From an uncultured Victivallales bacterium (GTDB lineage: Bacteria > Verrucomicrobiota > Lentisphaeria > Oligosphaerales > JABHEG01): a stretch of 64,000 nt of DNA. How positions within the stretch are numbered: position 1 is the stretch's first letter; each line of letters begins with the position of its first letter. The stretch is taken from NCBI GenBank assembly GCA_964607765.1, contig CAZSNT010000033.1, forward strand, positions 3,955-67,954, written 5' to 3'. This document shows, piece after piece, positions 48,401-56,831 of the stretch. The position numbers were made by a program, and so were the translations under genes. The notes beneath the pieces are model-generated. The model was not told where the DNA came from, ran no database searches, and worked only from the letters and a program-made list of their open reading frames with translations.

Positions 48401-49073
48401 GCCGTACGAGACACAGATAAGGGAGATCTTCCTGGACGCCGGCCAGGAGGGGCGCGATCAGCCCCGCGGTTGGGAAGTCTACGTGTCGCGTGATGGCGAG
48501 AACTGGGGCGAGCCGGTCGCTACCGGAGACGATCCGAAGAAGAAGGCCTTTACGATCACGTTCCCCCCAAGAGACGGCCGCTGCGTGAAGATCGTGCAGA
48601 CCGGCACGGCAGGTCTCTTCTGGTCCGTCAACGAGATCCGCATCAACGGCCTGCCGGACCTCAAAGAGCTCTCTGAAATCCCCTCGGACAGCTGGAAAGT
48701 CTCAGCTGCGCGCTCCGCTAAAGACGCGCCGCCGGAGAACGCCATCGACGGCGACAGAGAGAAGCGCTGGGGCACGGGCGGCGGCATGAAGCCCACCGAC
48801 TGGTTCATGATCGACATGGGCGAGGAGCGCACCGTACACAAGATCGTCATGGACGCTGCCAAGTCCGGAAGCGACTACCCGCGTGAGTACCGCATCTACA
48901 GCTCCCTCGACGGCGAGGAGTGGTTCGGTCCGATCGGGGCTGGAAAAGGCGAGAAGGCGCTCGTCACGGCAGTCTGCCTGCCAACCAAGGCGCGGCACAT
49001 CAAGATCACCCAGTTGGGAGACGAAGAGAAGAAGTGGTGGTCGATGTACGACCTCCAGATCATTGGAGAGTAG
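45432..49073 (+). CDS. Exported giant protein: ThuA-like domain, long HEAT-repeat region, two F5/8 type C (discoidin) domains
   Basis: The start is ATG 45432 (MKRYLHIYTVLLFVCGAASGA signal). The ThuA blocks are KLLIFSQCEGFKHSS, GKGLIGVHAATD, GAYFWGHPW and GKGRVFYFSLGH. The middle has many ...ALGxxGxxxAxxxL... HEAT-like repeats. The C-terminus has AIDGNPKTRWTSG...WFQVTL and AIDGDREKRWGTGG...WFMIDMG. Confidence 0.8.
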   Translation: MKRYLHIYTVLLFVCGAASGAPEGLKPPSEADIAKMEAAMPAKPTVKPTKPRKLLIFSQCEGFKHSSIPFGEKAFEIMGRKAGAFTTVVADDCAILESPEFDTFDAILMNNCTMRLPLLNIDTKGMDEEQKAAADEREAKAQKRFLDFIRNGKGLIGVHAATDCLYKWEEYGEAVGAYFWGHPWSEDVGVKLDDPGHPLLKAFNGLPFIVGDEIYQFREPYSRDTHRVLLSIDPAETNMNKDSIRREDGDFGVAWIREYGKGRVFYFSLGHRHEIFWNAPLMQCYLDGIQYAFGDLRADATPSAQLSPEYLAESAAAALATGLESVFAELKRYTLGEDESVPKQVAALVVEHQGTAGPVRSQVARLFAALAANTEATPDSRVFACRQLRLIGGEAAVPILVGLLKDDALRHPARMALEAIPGAAVDTALLRALPNSNGLAKAALIESLGARGATAASSALTESLRSAEPVVAESAANALGRIGGKQAADALLAVRASVPDTLRPAVDRAILACAESARLAGHATAAAPCYAALAAPDAAPHIRAAAVYGQAMMKGAPAATEVAEALRSEPREIAQAGARLVRALPGETVVTQTCQGLATLSPATQALALDALAARGDRRAQDAVLALITTENASVQAAALRALEALGDAKSVMPVAALAADEEADKKVREAARQALERMNGPGVDQVLIDAMAEAGTAAKIEYVKALGTRKARAALPALYDSVLAEDRTLAKESCKAIAVLCETSELPKIVDLIIETSSSSVRTQLENTLVNVARRTDGETAKVAAALAGLERNPPKPARISLLAALGKIGAAPALPVLETALKDADVEIQRAAVKALADSWPTADPILSLRKISREAEDLVLRVLSLRGYARMLALPSDRPMSETLKLYNEALELAKGDQEKRTLITGLGELAHPDALTAVRRFLDDEAVQEEALMSALSIMQNVGGKGMTFDACVKPKTGSNAIDGNPKTRWTSGKRMTGGEWFQVTLPYETQIREIFLDAGQEGRDQPRGWEVYVSRDGENWGEPVATGDDPKKKAFTITFPPRDGRCVKIVQTGTAGLFWSVNEIRINGLPDLKELSEIPSDSWKVSAARSAKDAPPENAIDGDREKRWGTGGGMKPTDWFMIDMGEERTVHKIVMDAAKSGSDYPREYRIYSSLDGEEWFGPIGAGKGEKALVTAVCLPTKARHIKITQLGDEEKKWWSMYDLQIIGE

Positions 49074-49092
49074 TATCCCCTGAACACTGACC

Positions 49093-50172
49093 ATGAGCCT
49101 ATCAATCCAGGAATTTGCGCGTCTTGCGAACACATCCGTAGCCACGGTCTCGCGGGCGCTTAACAACAAGCCGGGCGTGAGTGCCGCGCGGCGCCGGAGC
49201 ATCTGCGCCCTGGCCGAACGGCTCGGCTATCAGCCGAACCAGTTCGCCCGGAACCTGCAGGCGCAGCGCAGCAACACGCTCGGGTTCGTGTCCGCGAACC
49301 TGGACAACAAGACACATCAGGCGCTGTTGCGGCCGCTGGAAGCCGCTGCACGGGACCGTGGTTACGAGATGCTCGTGGCCGACTCGCGCCTGGACGCAGG
49401 TCGCGAGCGCACCAACATCGAGGCCTTGCTGCGCTTCAGGGTGGAAGGGTTCGTGCTGTGCCCGGTCTCTGATGACGACAGTGCGGCGGATACGGCTTTC
49501 ATCCGTGACCTGCAGCTGCGCCACGTCCCGTTTGTGGTGGCCGGGCGCGTGCCGGATCTCCTCCTCGACTCTGTTTCCAACGACGAAGAGGACGCGGCAC
49601 GGGCACTCACCCGACATCTGCTCGAGCTTGGGCACACGCGCTTCGGCGTCATCGACGGCGTCAGGACCAGCCGCGTCGGCACTGAACGACTCCAGGGAAT
49701 AGTCGAGGGACTCGGAGCCGCCGGGCTCCACTCACCCGGGGACACTTTGGGCACGCCGACACTCCGAACAACTCAGGCGCAGGAGCCGCAGGACGAAGTG
49801 GTTGGTGAGACCGTCCTTGAATGGCTCCGTCAGGATCTGCCGCCCACTGCGCTGGTCTGTCTCCAGAACCACCTCGCGATGCGGCTGCCACGGCCGCTCG
49901 GACGCGCCGGCCTCGTTATTCCGAGCGATGTCTCGCTGGCCACGTTCGACGACAGCGACTGGTGCCGGTTTGCCGACCCCTCGATCACCGCGGTCGCGCC
50001 GCGGCCGGAGATGCTGGCCCGCAAGCTGTTCCAGGCGCTGATGGCGCGCATCGACGATCCGGACGCAGCACCAGCCATTCATACCGTGCCCCAACGCCTG
50101 CATGTGCGTGAATCAACGGCAGCTGCCCCCGGCGTGCCGAAGGCTCAATCGGACGCTTTTTCCCGCCTGTAG
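49093..50172 (+). CDS. LacI-family transcriptional regulator
   Basis: The HTH is MSLSIQEFARLANTSVATVSRALNNKPGVSAARRRSICALAERLGYQPNQFARNL, followed by a periplasmic-binding-protein-like sugar-binding fold. It starts 20 bp after the previous gene. Confidence 0.9.
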   Translation: MSLSIQEFARLANTSVATVSRALNNKPGVSAARRRSICALAERLGYQPNQFARNLQAQRSNTLGFVSANLDNKTHQALLRPLEAAARDRGYEMLVADSRLDAGRERTNIEALLRFRVEGFVLCPVSDDDSAADTAFIRDLQLRHVPFVVAGRVPDLLLDSVSNDEEDAARALTRHLLELGHTRFGVIDGVRTSRVGTERLQGIVEGLGAAGLHSPGDTLGTPTLRTTQAQEPQDEVVGETVLEWLRQDLPPTALVCLQNHLAMRLPRPLGRAGLVIPSDVSLATFDDSDWCRFADPSITAVAPRPEMLARKLFQALMARIDDPDAAPAIHTVPQRLHVRESTAAAPGVPKAQSDAFSRL

Positions 50173-51005
50173 ACACGTACCCAATCGATCTCCATGCCGG
50201 CCGGATAATGGGCGGGATTGGTCGGCCCCGAGCCGTTCACCCACTTGCCGCCGATCTGCATGGAGAGGATGAAGTAGAACGGCTGATCGAACGGCCACTG
50301 TTTCTCGCCTTTCGCCGGTACACGCGGGTAGGTGTGCGTGGGCTTGCCGTTCACCGTGAAGACGATCTTGTCCGCGTCCCACTCGCAACCGTACGTGTTC
50401 CAGTCATCACGCTTGATCCCGGCCGTGCCGCCCTTCCGCGGCGTGTTCGTCTTGTCGACCTTCACCGTGTACTCGGAATGCACGGTCTGATAGACCTTGT
50501 GATCGAAATTCAGGTGCTCCATCAGGTCGATCTCGCCGTTGGCCGGCCAGCCCTTGTCTGCTCCCATCATCCAGAGCGCCGGCCAGGCGCCCTGCGCGCT
50601 CTTGAAACGGGTACGGATCTGGACCTTGCCGTACTGGAAAGCGAACTTCCCCCTGCTCGTCACACCAGCCGTCAGGAAGGGGGCCGGGTCGTCATCCTGC
50701 CTGTCGTTGGCAATCCCGCGGAGGTGCAGCACACTGTTGCCGATCTGCAGCAGACGCGGATCAGCCGACATGGTGTTCTTCCAGTCTGGTTTCCCGCGTG
50801 TACAGCGCGTCCACTTGGAGCCGTCCAGCTTGTCTCCGGCAAACTCATCCTGCCACACCAGCTCCCAACCGGGCAGGCCGGCATCCCCTGATGCAGCGGC
50901 CGTTGATTCACTGTTCGCCCCGGCGCTACTGCCGGCATGCACACCTGAAGTAAGGACCACCCAAACCGTCGACATGACAACAATCCTCTCCATTGCCCTG
51001 CTCAT
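50145..51005 (-). CDS. GH16 glycoside hydrolase, exported
   Basis: It contains WELVWQDEF, WPALWMMG and the catalytic ExDxxE motif in NGEIDLMEH, and ends near ...DWVRVYR. ATG 51005 overlaps the upstream stop (ATGA). Confidence 0.85.
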   Translation of the reverse strand: MSRAMERIVVMSTVWVVLTSGVHAGSSAGANSESTAAASGDAGLPGWELVWQDEFAGDKLDGSKWTRCTRGKPDWKNTMSADPRLLQIGNSVLHLRGIANDRQDDDPAPFLTAGVTSRGKFAFQYGKVQIRTRFKSAQGAWPALWMMGADKGWPANGEIDLMEHLNFDHKVYQTVHSEYTVKVDKTNTPRKGGTAGIKRDDWNTYGCEWDADKIVFTVNGKPTHTYPRVPAKGEKQWPFDQPFYFILSMQIGGKWVNGSGPTNPAHYPAGMEIDWVRVYRREKASD

Positions 51006-52879
51006 TGTGACTGCTCCTTCGCCAACACAAAGACCTCGGCCGGGGACAGACCGCGAGCCCAGACCGACACCTCGTCGAGCGCCCCGACGAACGGCTTGAC
51101 CTGGAGTGCATCAAACGCCTTCCGGCTGTAGCCCAACCCGCCGAAACTCAGACGCACGGACTGGTTGAACCGCAACGTGCGATCCGCTCCCTCCAGACGC
51201 GTCTGCACGGGGTTGCCGTCCACGTACAGTATGACCTCCGACAGCCGACAGCCATCGGCCGGCATCACGGCCGCAAGATGGTGCCACTCGTCGTCATTGA
51301 GTCCTGCGGAGTCCGCAACAGCCCTCTGAGTCTTCGATACCTGCACTTCGGGTTTGCCACCGTTCAGGTTCAGGTTCAGGAAACCGTCAAGTTTGCCGCC
51401 CCAAATCGACCCGGTGTTGACGAGGACGTGATTCTGCGTGGACTTGGTCTTGAGCCACAGTGCGTAGGACACCGCACGGTCGCTGTGGTGCGGGCCCATG
51501 GCAAACACGGCCATGCGGCTGTCTTTGCCGAACTGCGCCGCTCGGCCGCGTACGCCGTCAACCGGCACCAACCCGCTGCAGAGCGCGCTGTAGTGCTTGC
51601 CGAACGCCCCCGCGTTCGGCGACACGCGCGTGCACTTCACCCCACGCAGCATGACGCCCGTGCCATCCTTTGTCTTGCCGCGCAAGCCCACGATCGGGTG
51701 CTGTTGCAGCGGCATGTCCTGGTCGAACGCAAAGTGGTACAGCCTGGCCGACGGATCCAGAAAGGACAGCTCCCCCGTGGCTTCGAACGCGGTATTGGCA
51801 CCAGTCTTGTCGATAGTCAGCTGGCCGATCCGCTTGTATTCGCCGTCGGACGGCTTGCTGCCCGTCTGATTGTGGCAGACGATGTCAATCCGATCGTCGG
51901 CAACGTCGACTGTCAGGAAGTTATTGAAGACATTGCCGCGACTGACGAGCTGGATGAGATCAGACTCGGGATCCTTGGTAACCGTGTTGGCATGGACTTC
52001 GCCCGCGAAGTAAATATCGACGCGGTGTTTGCGCAGCGTCTGCCAGAATTCACAGCTCGTGTCGCCGTCCATCATCATGCCGCTGCTGTTGACCTTGCGC
52101 ACCGGATGGATGACCGGTAGATGCGCCTGCACGAAGATGTGCCTGACACCGGCATCTTTGCGCGCCTCGCCCAGCACGTGCTCGAGCCACTCCAGGTGTT
52201 TTCCGGCCACCGTGCCTGTGACTGCGCCTTGGTCACCGATGACCTTGCTCGGGCCCTCCTGATGGAAAACATCGACAGTGACGAACAACACGTTCTTGTG
52301 GCGGACTGCGTAAGAGGTGGACTCGTAGGGCGTTCCCAGCGGGCGTGACGGAGCGCTGCCGATCGGTGCCCTGTACAGGAAACGTCCACCGTCCGAAGCG
52401 GTGTTGAACTCCTTTGCGAAGGCGGCTCGGAACTGGGGCTGGCAGCGGGCGACTGCGGACCCGGCCGGCCACGGGTTGTCACCGAGTTCGTGGTCGCCGA
52501 CAGCCATCAGGAGCATCGGGTAGCCGCCTTTGCGGAAGGACCTCACCATCCCCGAGTAGCACAGATGCCCCGCCTTCAGGATCGACTGTTCGGGAGACAG
52601 GCCAGGCTCGAACTTCTTGATGAACTTCGGCGTATCCCAGTGCCCGCCGTTGCTGTCGCCCGGCAGCAGAATCAGATCGCCGCCGAACGTCTCGCGCAAC
52701 ATGGTGACGTTGGCGACATCCTGTTCGACCGCCGCCGCGAACCAGTCAGGGTTCTTCGCGCTCTGCGTGTATTTCTCCGCCGAGTGCCAGTCGGCCAATG
52801 CAATGAACCGCCACGAGTCTCCGGCCCAAGCGTGGACACTGAACAGCAGGGCCAAGAACCACGGCATCTGTCTCGTCAT
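51002..52879 (-). CDS. Exported calcineurin-like metallophosphoesterase fused to a C-terminal LamG/concanavalin-like domain
   Basis: ORF 51002..53236, trimmed to ATG 52879 (MTRQMPWFLALLFSVHAWAG signal). The phosphoesterase motifs are ALADWHS, LLPGDSNGGHWD, AVGDHELGD, VQAHLP and AGEVHAN. The C-terminus ...DEWHHLAAV...LYVDGNPV...FVGALDEVSVWARGLSPAEV is LamG-like. Confidence 0.7.
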   Translation of the reverse strand: MTRQMPWFLALLFSVHAWAGDSWRFIALADWHSAEKYTQSAKNPDWFAAAVEQDVANVTMLRETFGGDLILLPGDSNGGHWDTPKFIKKFEPGLSPEQSILKAGHLCYSGMVRSFRKGGYPMLLMAVGDHELGDNPWPAGSAVARCQPQFRAAFAKEFNTASDGGRFLYRAPIGSAPSRPLGTPYESTSYAVRHKNVLFVTVDVFHQEGPSKVIGDQGAVTGTVAGKHLEWLEHVLGEARKDAGVRHIFVQAHLPVIHPVRKVNSSGMMMDGDTSCEFWQTLRKHRVDIYFAGEVHANTVTKDPESDLIQLVSRGNVFNNFLTVDVADDRIDIVCHNQTGSKPSDGEYKRIGQLTIDKTGANTAFEATGELSFLDPSARLYHFAFDQDMPLQQHPIVGLRGKTKDGTGVMLRGVKCTRVSPNAGAFGKHYSALCSGLVPVDGVRGRAAQFGKDSRMAVFAMGPHHSDRAVSYALWLKTKSTQNHVLVNTGSIWGGKLDGFLNLNLNGGKPEVQVSKTQRAVADSAGLNDDEWHHLAAVMPADGCRLSEVILYVDGNPVQTRLEGADRTLRFNQSVRLSFGGLGYSRKAFDALQVKPFVGALDEVSVWARGLSPAEVFVLAKEQSQ

Positions 52880-52919
52880 TCTCACGGAGCTCTCCTTGTT
52901 GGTCGCTGGGGTTCTCCCC

Positions 52920-54776
52920 TCATCTCCCCGATCGACTGCCCGCCTCTGCCGCGCGGAGTTCATACATGCACGCGCCAATCCGACGGGCGGCCTCGACCGT
53001 TTCCCGGTACGGCGTATCGCAAATGTCCACAAAGCCGATCTGGTAGTTCTCGCCGTCACCCCGCCCCGTGACGCTTTGCTCCCGGTACTGGAACCAGTGG
53101 GCCCCGACAATATGCGGGTGCTTGAGCGCCTGAGCGAGGTAGTGTTCGTAGGCGTAGCCGCGTTGCCGTTGATTGGCCACGCCCCGCAGCCCGGTGTGCA
53201 GCATGCCGCGGTCGAGCGCCCCAAAGTGGAATTCACCGATGATCAGCGGCACGTCAACGCCCTCGAGCATGCGCAGATCGGACGGCGAGAAGCGGTACCG
53301 GTTGACGCTGAGAACATCGCAATACCTGACTGCGGCCGCGACTATATGCCGTTTGTTCCCGTAAGGCTGGTCGTGGCCGTGCAGGCGGCTGCCCAGGTAG
53401 AGCTTGTGCGGCGCGACCTTCCTGACTTCTTCCCGGACCGTTCGGTAGTAGAGATCAGCATCCATCTTGCCGCGCCACTTGATTTCGTTGTCGACAAAAT
53501 AGCCGATGCACCAGGGATCTTCCGCGCTCCTGCCCTTCTCCGCGAGCAGGCGTTTGTGAAGGAGCTCTCTCAGCTTCTGCGGACTCCGCAAGAGCCCTTC
53601 CAGCGTGTCTGAACCCCAGCCCGCGTAGTGGATGGCCACGACATAGGGTGTCTTTCTGAGTTCGCAGATCGCCGGGTCGGACCAGTTGGCGATGGTGTTC
53701 ATTCCCCAGCTTCGGAGGCGCTGATGGGCCGCTTCGCTCGCTTCCGTTTCCCACTGTTCACCGTACTTCACGGAGAGATTGGCTTTGGCGAAGTCCACGT
53801 GCCCACGCTCGTGGAACGACGCAGGGATGCGCTCGAAATAGTGCTCCCGTTCGTGAACGCGCGTTCCCGCCCGGAAGTGAACGCCGGTGACGCCGTGCGA
53901 CCAGAACAAGCAGCCTTCGGGATCGACCAGCCACCACATGCCGTCACGCTTCTCGGTGCGGAAGTGCCCGGTCGCGGCCAGCTTCGGTCCCCCCAGCCAC
54001 CCGCCGTACCGGCTTCGGTCACCGGGGCCCGGATGCCGCTGCCGGTCCTCCTCCTCCCGGCGACGAGCCGCTGCCAGGTCGGACCTGGCAGTGATTTTTC
54101 CGGGCCAAGACGCGTGCTTGAACTGCCCGAATGCATCCACAAACGGGAAGAAAGCCTGCTCGGCTTCAGCGGGAAGAGGCGCGTACCTGCCCACGCCGCG
54201 AACACCCGCAATCTGGACGCTCTGTCCCACGGAGACGCCGTCCAGGTCACGGATGAGCAACTCTCTCACACGCGCCGCGTCGAACTCCGTCCAGTGTGAC
54301 AAGTGTCCGCCGGGCAGGCCGCGCATGCCGGTGAACATGTCTTTGCGCTGATCGGGGACCTCTTTCCGCAGGACATGGATCAGCATCGTGCAGGTCTCGC
54401 CGGCTGGCACATGCAGGAAACTGTTGACCCACTTGCTGTCCCCCAGACTCCCGAGAAGCGTGACGGGTTCGGCACCGACATTGCGGATGTCGACCGCAAC
54501 AGCCACGCAGGCGCTCGCGTCCCAGGCCCCATCGGCCGGCCGGATTCCGACCCCGCCCCCCGGCTCCCTGAACGTCACCCTCAGTTCACTGTCGCTGGCG
54601 CACTCCGCGCCAAACGCCCTGACCCGGCATCCGTCCTTCCCCGGCTGCAGCAGCGTCCGGCTCGAAGCCCGGGCGCCGCAGAGCCCGACGTGCTGCCCCC
54701 CCGCACATTCGGCCATCGCCGCACACATGAGCAGTCCTCTCACTAGCAGCCATTGTACTTCCATCCGTCTCAGCAT
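52920..54776 (-). CDS. Exported clan GH-A (TIM-barrel) glycoside hydrolase with an N-terminal beta-sandwich region; family uncertain (GH50-like by memory)
   Basis: The start is probably ATG 54776 or 54764 (MLRRMEVQWLLVRGLLMCAAMA). FVDNEIKW (an NE acid/base-type motif) and LIIGEFHFGA (a nucleophile-type motif) have the spacing expected of clan GH-A. AHWFQYREQSVTGRGDGENYQIGFVD is the tail block. Confidence 0.55.
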   Translation of the reverse strand: MLRRMEVQWLLVRGLLMCAAMAECAGGQHVGLCGARASSRTLLQPGKDGCRVRAFGAECASDSELRVTFREPGGGVGIRPADGAWDASACVAVAVDIRNVGAEPVTLLGSLGDSKWVNSFLHVPAGETCTMLIHVLRKEVPDQRKDMFTGMRGLPGGHLSHWTEFDAARVRELLIRDLDGVSVGQSVQIAGVRGVGRYAPLPAEAEQAFFPFVDAFGQFKHASWPGKITARSDLAAARRREEEDRQRHPGPGDRSRYGGWLGGPKLAATGHFRTEKRDGMWWLVDPEGCLFWSHGVTGVHFRAGTRVHEREHYFERIPASFHERGHVDFAKANLSVKYGEQWETEASEAAHQRLRSWGMNTIANWSDPAICELRKTPYVVAIHYAGWGSDTLEGLLRSPQKLRELLHKRLLAEKGRSAEDPWCIGYFVDNEIKWRGKMDADLYYRTVREEVRKVAPHKLYLGSRLHGHDQPYGNKRHIVAAAVRYCDVLSVNRYRFSPSDLRMLEGVDVPLIIGEFHFGALDRGMLHTGLRGVANQRQRGYAYEHYLAQALKHPHIVGAHWFQYREQSVTGRGDGENYQIGFVDICDTPYRETVEAARRIGACMYELRAAEAGSRSGR

Positions 54777-54893
54777 ACGTCCGATTCCCGTCTGATTCGA
54801 GCACGGTCGAGCAAGAGGCAGACGAACTGCCGACACCTACAATAGCAGGTGCGACGCCCGTTGTCAGCGCAACCGAGCGAGCACGCACCCCGT

Positions 54894-55114
54894 GACCGGA
54901 AAACACCACCAACACCACGACGACACCACCGACGACCGGAAAACACCCACCGACGACCGGAAAACAGCCACCCACGACCGGAAAACGCCGCCACGCAGCC
55001 CAGCCCCCGTGCCGGACGAGGATCGGCCTGCCGGCGCAGCTGTTTTCCGGACATCTCGCCCCTGGCGCAGCTGTTTTCCGGACATCTCGACCCTGTCGCC
55101 GCTGTTTTCCGGAC
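54894..55114. repeat. Motif array: four direct GACCGGAAAAC copies facing three direct GTTTTCCGGAC copies
   Basis: GACCGGAAAAC is at 54894, 54934, 54955 and 54976 (spacing 40, 21, 21 bp), each followed by a CCACC-like tract. GTTTTCCGGAC is at 55042, 55073 and 55104 within a 31-bp tandem unit GCAGCTGTTTTCCGGACATCTCG. The array lies in the divergent gap between starts 54776 (-) and 55234 (+). Confidence 0.9.
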
Positions 55115-55233
55115 GTGCGACGGGGCCCCGGCATACACCCCTCAAGGGAGAGCGGCACTTCCCAGACCAACATCTTGCGCTTCGATTCCCGCTGACTATC
55201 TTGCCGGAGTGGAACGAACCAAGGAGGACGACG

Positions 55234-56550
55234 ATGATCACCCGGTTGCTCTGCACGTCCCTGGCGCTCGCCGCGGCACACGCCGCCGTTGCACAGGACC
55301 AGGAGAAGCCCGCCATGTCACTGTTGCGGAACGGTGTATTCGAGGAAATCGACGCAACGAACGCGCCGGCGGGATGGAAGGTCAGCGATTGGAGTCCCCA
55401 GAAGACCCGGCGCCCGATCAAAGCGGTTGTGGCGAGCGATGGTGCAGGCGCGGGCAAGGCAGCGGTCAGGATTGTCTCCGAGAATGACGGGGGGAATCTG
55501 GTGCTGTGGCAGGACATCAGGCGTCCCGGCGTGGGTACGTATGTTCTCACGGTTGCGTGCAAGCCGGATATCGGGGCTAGCGCCTACGCGTCCCTGGTGG
55601 CGCTCAAAGGCAGGGAGAACCTGGTCTACGAGAACACACGACGTGTCACAGATGCCGACGCGTGGACCGTCCTTGAGCTACGTGCCACAGCGCCGCCCGA
55701 GACCCAGCTCCTGCGTGTTATCCTGCGTACTGACCGTGGCGCGTCCTTCGCCAACGCCGTGGTGACACTGCACGGCGCTGACGGCAGCGCGATCAACACG
55801 CGCCGTGAGCCGAGCAGCGGCACCGCGCTGAAGCAGGCGCGCAGTGACCTGATGTATGATCCGGACGCCGACGCTGCTCGGAAAGCGGCCATGTCGCCTG
55901 AGGAACTTGCTTGGGAGAAGCTGCTGGAGAAGTGTCTGGGCGGCTTCTACCTGCCCCGCTACAAGCTGGCAAAGGAGCGTGGCAGCACGACGGCTTGGGA
56001 CTTTGTCGAAGACGACCCCGCGCTGCCCCGTGTGCTTCTCATCGGGGACTCCATCAGCCGCGGCTACACGGTCGCGACGCGCAAAGCGCTCGCCGGCAAG
56101 GTCAACGTGCACCGGGCGCCCGAGAACTGCGGACCGACCAGCAACGGCCTCCGCAAGCTGGACATCTGGCTCGGTGACGGCAAGTGGGACCTGATCCACT
56201 TCAACTTCGGTATCCACGACCAGCGCAGCAAGCCGGAGGACTACGCGAAACGGCTTGAGAGCATCGTCGAGCGACTGCAGAAGACCGAAGCAAAGCTCGT
56301 GTTCGCCACGTCGACCCCCATCCCGAAAGGTGCGGAGAAGTACCGGCATGGCGCCTGTGCGGAGCTCAACACGGCCGCCGGAGCCATCATGGCGCGATAC
56401 GGTGTTCCTCTCAACGATCTGTACGCGCTCATGCTCCCGCTGCTGAGCGAGTACCAGAACGCGGGCGACTGCCACTTCAGAGGCGAAGGGTACGAGGTCA
56501 TGGGCAGGCAAGTCGCCAGGAGCATCCTCGAGGCGCTCGAGCTCGAGTGA
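55234..56550 (+). CDS. Exported SGNH/GDSL-type esterase with an N-terminal CBM-like beta-sandwich domain
   Basis: ATG 55234 lies 5 nt after AAGGAGGA. The signal is MITRLLCTSLALAAAHAAVA. SGNH block I is VLLIGDSISRGY, followed by FNFGIHD and GDCHF (DxxH). Confidence 0.75.
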   Translation: MITRLLCTSLALAAAHAAVAQDQEKPAMSLLRNGVFEEIDATNAPAGWKVSDWSPQKTRRPIKAVVASDGAGAGKAAVRIVSENDGGNLVLWQDIRRPGVGTYVLTVACKPDIGASAYASLVALKGRENLVYENTRRVTDADAWTVLELRATAPPETQLLRVILRTDRGASFANAVVTLHGADGSAINTRREPSSGTALKQARSDLMYDPDADAARKAAMSPEELAWEKLLEKCLGGFYLPRYKLAKERGSTTAWDFVEDDPALPRVLLIGDSISRGYTVATRKALAGKVNVHRAPENCGPTSNGLRKLDIWLGDGKWDLIHFNFGIHDQRSKPEDYAKRLESIVERLQKTEAKLVFATSTPIPKGAEKYRHGACAELNTAAGAIMARYGVPLNDLYALMLPLLSEYQNAGDCHFRGEGYEVMGRQVARSILEALELE

Positions 56551-56831
56551 TTCACGGTGCGGACGGGGCGCGTAGCTGATCGCGGGTCAGCCGCAGCGCA
56601 GCGCCGTTCCGGGGTGGCCGCCTGACAATTGTCGTTCCTTCCCTTGCATCCTCGGTCACTCTCCCGTATTTTCAGTTCCGTAGGCGGAAACAACTCCCTG
56701 TTGCCCCAACACAGCGGTGCGGCAGGCGTACCTGGGACGTTCGTCACGCGGTCTGTCCTGGATGCAGTTCGGGATTTGTGAGGGGGATGAGCCCCCGGTG
56801 AGAGCGCGCGGGACGGAAGCAGGAGAGGAAT

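Noticed and set aside
56624-56633. GACAATTGTC palindrome with CTGACA as a promoter/operator upstream of the hypothetical gene
   Set aside because: No acceptable -10 hexamer lies at 16-18 nt, and the site is about 200 bp from the start codon. A 10-bp palindrome alone is weak evidence.
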